A stretch of DNA of 64,000 bases, taken from positions 1,969,402 through 2,033,401 of the forward strand of contig CP070783.1 in the NCBI GenBank assembly GCA_020346465.1, in the 5' to 3' direction. This document shows, in pieces, positions 58,564 to 64,000 of this stretch. The notes beneath the pieces are model-generated. The model ran no database searches and was not told the DNA's origin. It worked only from the letters and a program-made list of their open reading frames with translations. How positions within the stretch are numbered: position 1 is the stretch's first letter; each line of letters starts with the position of its first letter. Source of the DNA: Deltaproteobacteria bacterium. GTDB lineage: Bacteria > Desulfobacterota > Deferrimicrobia > Deferrimicrobiales > Deferrimicrobiaceae. The translations under genes and the position numbers were made by a program.

Positions 58564-59835
58564 ATGGACAGCGGAGACATTCGGGGCAGGACGGTGGCGA
58601 TCATCGGCGGCGGGCCATCGGGCTGTGCGGCCGCCATCCGTCTTGCCCGGCTCTCGCGCGAGCAAAGCCTCGGCGTGCGGATCGTTCTCTACGAGGGGAA
58701 GGACTTCGAGTTCCATTACAACCAGTGCGCCGGCGTCCTCTCCCCCCCCATCGACGAGCTCCTCCAGTGCCGCCTGGACGTTGAGCTCCCCTACGACATC
58801 TTCAAGCGCCAGATCTTCGGCTACCGCCTCCACGCCGGGAAGAAGGAGATCCTCCTGGTCGGCGAGCCCAAGACGGGCGCCACCTACGCCGTGCGCAGGG
58901 TCGTGTTCGACCGGTTCCTGCTCGGCTGCGCGAAAAAGGAGGGGGTGGAGGTTTCCCGGAGCCGCGTGACGGCGATCGATTTTCCCAAGAAGGGGCGGAA
59001 CAGCGTCTTCCTGTACTCGGAGGAGGGGATGCTCAAGGCGGACGTCGTCGTGGGGGCCTTCGGGCTGGACGACGGGATGATGAGCGTCTTCGAGACGGGC
59101 ACGAGGGGGAAGTACCAACGGCCGGGCAACTACATGCACACCTTCGTGGTGAAGATCCCCTCGGACCGCACCTTCATCGAGAAGAACCTCGGCAGCATCA
59201 TCTACGCCTACCTCTTCCCCCCGGGGATCCCCAATCTGGATTTCGGCGCGGTCACCCCCAAGGCGGACCACATCATCGCCAACGTGGCGGGGCGGCGCGC
59301 CACGGTGGAGGACATGTTCGATTTCCTGTCGCTTCCCATCGTGCGGAAACATCTCCCCCCGATCGACCGGGACCGCCTGGAGGTGTTCCGGGGGAAGTTC
59401 CCCGGCAAGCCCGCGCGCGGGGCGACGGGCGACCGGTATCTGGTGGTGGGCGACGCCACCGGGTGGATGCGCCCCTTCAAGGGGAAAGGGATCAACATGG
59501 CGATCCACACCGGCATCCAGGCGGCCGAGACGATGGTGGAGAACGGGATCGGCGCCGCATCGTTCCGGCACTACGAGGAGCGGACCCGGAAACTCCGCGA
59601 GGATTACCTCTACGGGTCGTGGATGCGCCACCTGTGCAAGGTGGGAGAGGTCACGGGGATGCTCGGAACGGTCGTTTCGATGGCGAAGGTGAACCAGGAC
59701 GTGCACGACGCCCTGTTCAGCGCGGTGTCCGGTCACGGGTCCTTCCGGGAGATGTTCAACCGGTACGCCCGTCCCCGGGTTCTTGCGGAAGTGGTCCGGA
59801 ACTACGTGACGGACCGCAGGAGGAGGAGAGGATGA
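58564..59835 (+). CDS. FAD-dependent oxidoreductase, geranylgeranyl-reductase-like
   Basis: VAIIGGGPSGCAAA dinucleotide motif, GD box VVGDATGWMRP. Confidence 0.7.
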   Translation: MDSGDIRGRTVAIIGGGPSGCAAAIRLARLSREQSLGVRIVLYEGKDFEFHYNQCAGVLSPPIDELLQCRLDVELPYDIFKRQIFGYRLHAGKKEILLVGEPKTGATYAVRRVVFDRFLLGCAKKEGVEVSRSRVTAIDFPKKGRNSVFLYSEEGMLKADVVVGAFGLDDGMMSVFETGTRGKYQRPGNYMHTFVVKIPSDRTFIEKNLGSIIYAYLFPPGIPNLDFGAVTPKADHIIANVAGRRATVEDMFDFLSLPIVRKHLPPIDRDRLEVFRGKFPGKPARGATGDRYLVVGDATGWMRPFKGKGINMAIHTGIQAAETMVENGIGAASFRHYEERTRKLREDYLYGSWMRHLCKVGEVTGMLGTVVSMAKVNQDVHDALFSAVSGHGSFREMFNRYARPRVLAEVVRNYVTDRRRRRG

Positions 59836-60275
59836 ACATCACGGTGCGGAGGATGCGGACCCAGGACGCGGATGCGGTCCTTCGAATCGACGAGAAGATC
59901 ACCGGGACGCCGCACGAGGCCCAGTGGGAGTCCCGGATCATCGACCAGTTGACGCGGAATCCCCTGGGATGCCTGGTGGCGGAGATGAAAGGAAAGGTGG
60001 TCGGCTTCATCTTCGGGGAAATCCGGGGGTGGGAGTTCGCCATCCCCAAGACCGGCTGGATCGAGATCGTCGGCGTCGATCCGGAGTACCAGGGGAAGGG
60101 CGTCGCCCGTGCCCTCATCGAGAAACTCCACGTCTATTTCCGGAATCACAACATCGACAGGGTGATGACGATGGTGAACTGGAACGACGCGGGTCTCGTC
60201 TCCTTTTTCTGCGCCCTGGGGTTCGAGCGGTCCGAGTTCATCATCCTGGACAAAGAGGTCGAATCCGGCGGATGA
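59832..60275 (+). CDS. GNAT-family N-acetyltransferase
   Basis: VGVDPEYQGKGVARALIEKL acetyl-CoA-binding motif; ATG overlaps the upstream stop (ATGA). Confidence 0.7.
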   Translation: MNITVRRMRTQDADAVLRIDEKITGTPHEAQWESRIIDQLTRNPLGCLVAEMKGKVVGFIFGEIRGWEFAIPKTGWIEIVGVDPEYQGKGVARALIEKLHVYFRNHNIDRVMTMVNWNDAGLVSFFCALGFERSEFIILDKEVESGG

Positions 60276-60284
60276 GGTACCGGG

Positions 60285-60905
60285 ATGGGGATGGAACCGG
60301 CTGATCTGTTGTTCGAACACCTGAGGAGCGTTCTCTTTCCCCACGGCCCTCCCCCGGAGACCCCGAATGGCTTGAGGCCGGCGGGGGTCATGGTCCCCCT
60401 GTGCCTGCGGGACGGAAAGGTGACGGTCATTCTCGCGCGGCGGACCGAGCGCGTCCCCCACCACAAGGGGCAGGTCTGCTTCCCGGGGGGCAGCCAGGAC
60501 CCCGGGGACGCGGACCTGTTCGCGACCGCGCTGCGGGAGGCGGGGGAGGAGCTCGGGATCCCGGAAGGAAGCGTCGATCTCCTGGGTGCGATGGAGCCGG
60601 TCCCGACGGTGACGGGATTCTTCATCCAGCCCTACGTCGTGCGGATCCCGGGGGAGACGCGCTTCTCCCTGGACGACTTCGAAATGGCGGAGGTCTTCGA
60701 GGTTCCCCTGTCGGTCTTTGCGGAGTACGGCCGGTACCGGTGCGCCGAAACCACCTTCCTGGGCGAGGGCTACAAGGTCTACTTCTTCGATTACGGGCCG
60801 CACACGATCTGGGGCGCCACGGCCAGGATCCTCCACCGGCTGGCGGAGCTGGCGGAGGGGCATCTGCCTTCCATTGACACGGTCTATTCCGCCGGAATAA
60901 GATAA
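60285..60905 (+). CDS. NUDIX hydrolase, CoA pyrophosphatase-like
   Basis: Nudix box GQVCFPGGSQDPGDADLFATALREAGEELGI and the upstream LARRTERVPHHKG motif typical of the CoAse subfamily. Confidence 0.75.
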   Translation: MGMEPADLLFEHLRSVLFPHGPPPETPNGLRPAGVMVPLCLRDGKVTVILARRTERVPHHKGQVCFPGGSQDPGDADLFATALREAGEELGIPEGSVDLLGAMEPVPTVTGFFIQPYVVRIPGETRFSLDDFEMAEVFEVPLSVFAEYGRYRCAETTFLGEGYKVYFFDYGPHTIWGATARILHRLAELAEGHLPSIDTVYSAGIR

Positions 60906-60959
60906 AAAATTACAATTTCTTCGTGGAAGGGATGCCGGAAGGCAAGGGGGGGAAACACG

Positions 60960-62132
60960 GTGCCCCACAGGAAGGATCCAGGCTCCGTCGGCCTGGTCCA
61001 GAAACAGTTCTACACCTTTTGCGAGCCGCCCCACGAGATGGAGCTCACCTCCGGGGCGAAGCTGGGGCCGATCACGCTCGCCTACGAGACCTACGGGCGC
61101 CTGAACAGCGACCGGTCGAACGCCATCCTGATCCTCCACGCGCTCTCGGGCGACTCGCACGCCGCGGGGAGGTACGCGGAGGACGACAAGCACCCGGGCT
61201 GGTGGGACAACACGATCGGGCCGGGAAAGGCGTTCGACACCGAGAAATATTTCGTCATCTGCTCGAACGTCGTCGGCGGGTGCCAGGGGAGCACCGGGCC
61301 GGCCTCGATCAATCCCGCGACGGGAAAGGAGTACGGCCTCTCCTTCCCGATGATCACGGTCCACGACATGGTGCGCGCCCAGGTGCGCCTGGTCGACCAC
61401 CTCGGGATCGACAGGCTCCTGGCCGTCACGGGCGGGTCGATGGGGGGGATGCAGGCGCTGCGGTGGGCGGTCTCCTACCCGGACCGCGTGATCGCGTCGA
61501 TCCCCATCGCCACGACGTCGAAGCTCTCCCCCCAGGGGATCGCCTTCAACGAGGTGGGCCGGGTGGCGATCATGGCGGACCCCAACTTCCACGGCGGGGA
61601 CTATTACGGCAGGCCGGCCCCCCGGGAGGGTCTCGCCCTCGCCCGGATGATCGGCCACATCACCTACCTCTCCGACGACTCGATGCACGAGAAGTTCGGG
61701 CGGAAGCTCAGGGGAAAGAAGGCGTTCGGGTACAACTTCAACGTCGACTTCGAGGTGGAGAGCTACCTGCGGTACAAGGGGGACACCTTCGTCCACCGCT
61801 TCGACGCCAACTCGTACCTCTACATCACCAAGGCGATCGACTACTTCGACCTGTCGCTTCCGGACGGCTCGCTGGTCAAGACGGTCGAGCATGTGAAGGC
61901 GAAGTTCCTCATCATCTCCTTCAAGTCCGACTGGCTCTATCCCCCCTACCAGGCCCGGGAGATCGTCAAGGCGCTGATGGTCAACGGGGTCGACGTGACC
62001 TACTGCGAGATCGACTCGCGGTACGGACACGACGCGTTTCTGCTCGACGAGGGGGAGATGTCCAAGATCATCACGAACTTCCTCGCCAACGTCGCGGAGC
62101 GGAACGGCATCCGGGAGGCTGCGTCCTCGTGA
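60960..62132 (+). CDS. metX: homoserine O-acetyltransferase
   Basis: Alpha/beta-hydrolase MetX signatures ([13 protein letters not shown], nucleophile elbow [18 protein letters not shown]); GTG start. Confidence 0.85.
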   Translation: MPHRKDPGSVGLVQKQFYTFCEPPHEMELTSGAKLGPITLAYETYGRLNSDRSNAILILHALSGDSHAAGRYAEDDKHPGWWDNTIGPGKAFDTEKYFVICSNVVGGCQGSTGPASINPATGKEYGLSFPMITVHDMVRAQVRLVDHLGIDRLLAVTGGSMGGMQALRWAVSYPDRVIASIPIATTSKLSPQGIAFNEVGRVAIMADPNFHGGDYYGRPAPREGLALARMIGHITYLSDDSMHEKFGRKLRGKKAFGYNFNVDFEVESYLRYKGDTFVHRFDANSYLYITKAIDYFDLSLPDGSLVKTVEHVKAKFLIISFKSDWLYPPYQAREIVKALMVNGVDVTYCEIDSRYGHDAFLLDEGEMSKIITNFLANVAERNGIREAASS

Positions 62133-62749
62133 TGGCCGAGGGTGCCCGGATCGACCACAGCGTCATCCTCGATTTCATTCCGGCAGGGACCAAGGTTCTC
62201 GATCTGGGCTGCGGCGACGGGTCGCTCCTGGTCAAGCTCGTCCGCCAGAAGGGGGTGACCGGCCGCGGCATCGAGATCTCCGAGGAGGGGGTCCGCGCCT
62301 GCATCGCCAAGGGGCTCACCGTCATGCAGGGCGACATCGACAAGGGGCTGCGCGACTACCCGGACAACTCGTTCGACTACGTCGTCCTCAACCAGACGCT
62401 CCAGGCGGTGAAGAAACCCGACGTCGTCCTCTCGGAGATCCTGCGCGTGGGGAAGAAGGGGATCGTGGGGTTTCCCAACTTCGCCTACTGGAAGATGCGG
62501 TTCTACCTGTTCACCTACGGCCGGATGCCCAAGACCGAGTTTCTCCCCTACGAGTGGTACGACACGCCGAACATCCACTTCTGCTCGATCCTGGACTTCC
62601 GGGAGTATTGCGCGAAGAACGGGGTGACGATCGAGAAGACCGTCTACCTGACCGCCGACCGGGGAGGCCGGGTCCTGCGGGGGGTCCGGCCGAACATGTT
62701 CGCGGAGAACGCGGTCTACCTTCTCTCGGCCGGGGAGAAACCCCGGTAA
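62132..62749 (+). CDS. metW: methionine biosynthesis protein MetW
   Basis: VLDLGCGDGSLL methyltransferase-like fold immediately downstream of metX and overlapping it (TGATG). Confidence 0.8.
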   Translation: MAEGARIDHSVILDFIPAGTKVLDLGCGDGSLLVKLVRQKGVTGRGIEISEEGVRACIAKGLTVMQGDIDKGLRDYPDNSFDYVVLNQTLQAVKKPDVVLSEILRVGKKGIVGFPNFAYWKMRFYLFTYGRMPKTEFLPYEWYDTPNIHFCSILDFREYCAKNGVTIEKTVYLTADRGGRVLRGVRPNMFAENAVYLLSAGEKPR

Positions 62750-62930
62750 TGGAATCTTGACGATCCGCCCCGGGCTTGGAAGAATGGGTGCGTTCCGGAA
62801 GCCCGATGTCCGCCCCGGTCGGGGAGGACGGACAAACCGTGAAGACGCACGACGCCTTGACGGACCGGCCCGCGGCCGGGTTCGAGGCGCGGACCGCGGA
62901 AATCCCCTGCGCGCCTGAAAGAGGGACACC

Positions 62931-64000
62931 ATGAGCCGAACGATCAATTTCAACGCCGGACCCGCCGCCCTTCCCCTCCCGGCCCTCGAGCGGGCCCGGG
63001 ACGAGCTCCTCGATTTCGCCGGCAGCGGCATGTCGGTGATGGAGCACAGCCACCGCGGAAAGGAGTACGAGGGAGTCCACGACGAGGCGATCGCCCTCGT
63101 CCGCGAGCTCCTCGCCGTGCCGGCGAGCCACGAGGTCCTGTTCCTCCAGGGGGGCGCCACGTCGCTCTTCGCCGAGATCCCCATGAACCTCCTGGAGAAG
63201 GGGAAGACCGCCCAGTACCTCGTCACCGGGGCCTGGGGAGAGAAGGCGCTCGGCGAGGCGAAGGTCGTCTCGGCCCTGTTCGGGGCCAGCGTGGCGGTCC
63301 AGAGCACGGGCGTCGGCGAAGGCAAGGAGAAGAGCTACACCCGCGTTCCTGCCGGCGCCCAGGTTGCCGTCGACCCCGGGGCGGCCTATCTGCACATCAC
63401 CTCCAACGAGACGATCCACGGGGTGCAGTTCAACGTCGACGCCTCCCGTCCCTTTCCCGACACCGGCTCCGTGCCGCTTATCGCCGACATGTCGAGCGAT
63501 TTCCTCTGGCGTCCCTTCGACGTGACGAAGTTCGGCCTGGCCTACGCCGGTGCCCAGAAGAACGTCGGCCCCTCGGGGGTGGTGGTGGCGGTGGTGTCGA
63601 AGGAGGTGCTCGACCGGGGGCGCAAGGACATCCCCAAGATCTTCCAGTTCCGCACCCACGCCGAGAACAAGTCGCTCTACAACACCCCGCCCACCTTCGG
63701 GGTCTACATGGTCCGGAACGTCCTCGCGTGGCTCAAGGGCCAGGGGGGGCTGGCGAAGGTCGAGGAGGCGAACCGCAAGAAGGCGGGGCGCCTCTACGGC
63801 GTCATCGACAAGAATCCGCAGTTCTTCCGGTCGCCGGTGGAGAAGGAGAGCCGGTCGGTGATGAACGTGGTCTTCCGGCTCCCGAGCGAGGAGCTCGAGG
63901 CGCAGTTCATCGCCGACGCGAAGAAAAAGGGGATGGTCGGCCTGAAAGGCCACCGCTCCGTGGGCGGGATCCGCGCCTCCATCTACAACGCGGCGTCGTA
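62931..64000 (+). CDS. serC: phosphoserine aminotransferase (3' truncated by window edge)
   Basis: [15 protein letters not shown]...GGATSLF... and the PLP-lysine region [12 protein letters not shown]; runs off the window end. Confidence 0.85.
   Translation, partial: MSRTINFNAGPAALPLPALERARDELLDFAGSGMSVMEHSHRGKEYEGVHDEAIALVRELLAVPASHEVLFLQGGATSLFAEIPMNLLEKGKTAQYLVTGAWGEKALGEAKVVSALFGASVAVQSTGVGEGKEKSYTRVPAGAQVAVDPGAAYLHITSNETIHGVQFNVDASRPFPDTGSVPLIADMSSDFLWRPFDVTKFGLAYAGAQKNVGPSGVVVAVVSKEVLDRGRKDIPKIFQFRTHAENKSLYNTPPTFGVYMVRNVLAWLKGQGGLAKVEEANRKKAGRLYGVIDKNPQFFRSPVEKESRSVMNVVFRLPSEELEAQFIADAKKKGMVGLKGHRSVGGIRASIYNAAS

Noticed and set aside
60906-62930. SAM or T-box riboswitch / leader upstream of metX and serC
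   Set aside because: The intergenic spaces (about 55 nt before metX, about 180 nt before serC) show no recognisable riboswitch core or specifier/T-box motifs, only GC-rich imperfect stems

Overview
This is a 64 kb, gene-dense window at roughly 70% GC with about 65 protein genes, 4 tRNAs and short AT-rich islands at promoters; many adjacent genes overlap by 1-4 nt (ATGA/GTGA/TTGA), indicating translational coupling. The genome looks like a high-GC anaerobic (delta-proteobacterium-like) bacterium; most long ORFs in the six-frame track are GC artefacts that overlap the real genes listed below.

Gene order, left to right:
- clpB 3' end, ispE, spoVG, tRNA-Gln, prs, rplY, pth, rpsF, ssb, rpsR, rplI, dnaB.
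- On the minus strand, a nifR3(dusB)-ntrB-ntrC-like operon.
- A lone dynamin-like GTPase, the membrane H+-pyrophosphatase hppA, and ppiD (minus strand).
- The mreB-mreC-mreD-mrdA(PBP2)-rodA cell-shape operon.
- A thioredoxin / thioredoxin-like lipoprotein / CoA-binding trio (minus strand).
- gmhA, a hypothetical gene, an MBL hydrolase (minus strand), a GHMP sugar kinase and an FAD oxidoreductase.
- Zn-ADH, a CBS+ACT protein and an AcuC/HDAC-like gene (minus strand).
- A CorC/HlyC-family gene, a nitroreductase and an OmpA-like coiled-coil lipoprotein.
- A GspE/PilB-like protein with an intact N-domain and zinc finger but degenerate ATPase motifs.
- An acyl-CoA ligase, a hypothetical gene and a double-LysM secreted protein, all translationally coupled.
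- A second CBS+ACT protein, an Nfu-type NifU-domain protein, a ferredoxin-like coding remnant and a TlpA gene.
- A minimal nifS-nifU Fe-S cluster module bracketed by three small ferritin/rubrerythrin-like ORFs.
- cysS and an O-methyltransferase.
- tRNA-Val (minus strand), a promoter plus a 30-aa ultra-basic ORF, tRNA-Sec (selC, anticodon UCA) overlapping antisense with the 3' end of queH, and an M50 protease.
- A heterodimeric ABC exporter pair whose first gene lacks a canonical start codon.
- purC, two-subunit pyruvate carboxylase (pycA/pycB), an FAD reductase, a GNAT, a NUDIX CoA pyrophosphatase, metX, metW and the serC 5' part.

The most unusual items are the catalytically dead GspE-like protein, the rubrerythrin-like trio around nifSU, selC with its neighbouring basic micro-ORF, a 15-bp perfect hairpin in the leader of the dynamin-like GTPase, and the ABC exporter that is in frame with the upstream protease across a single TAG.
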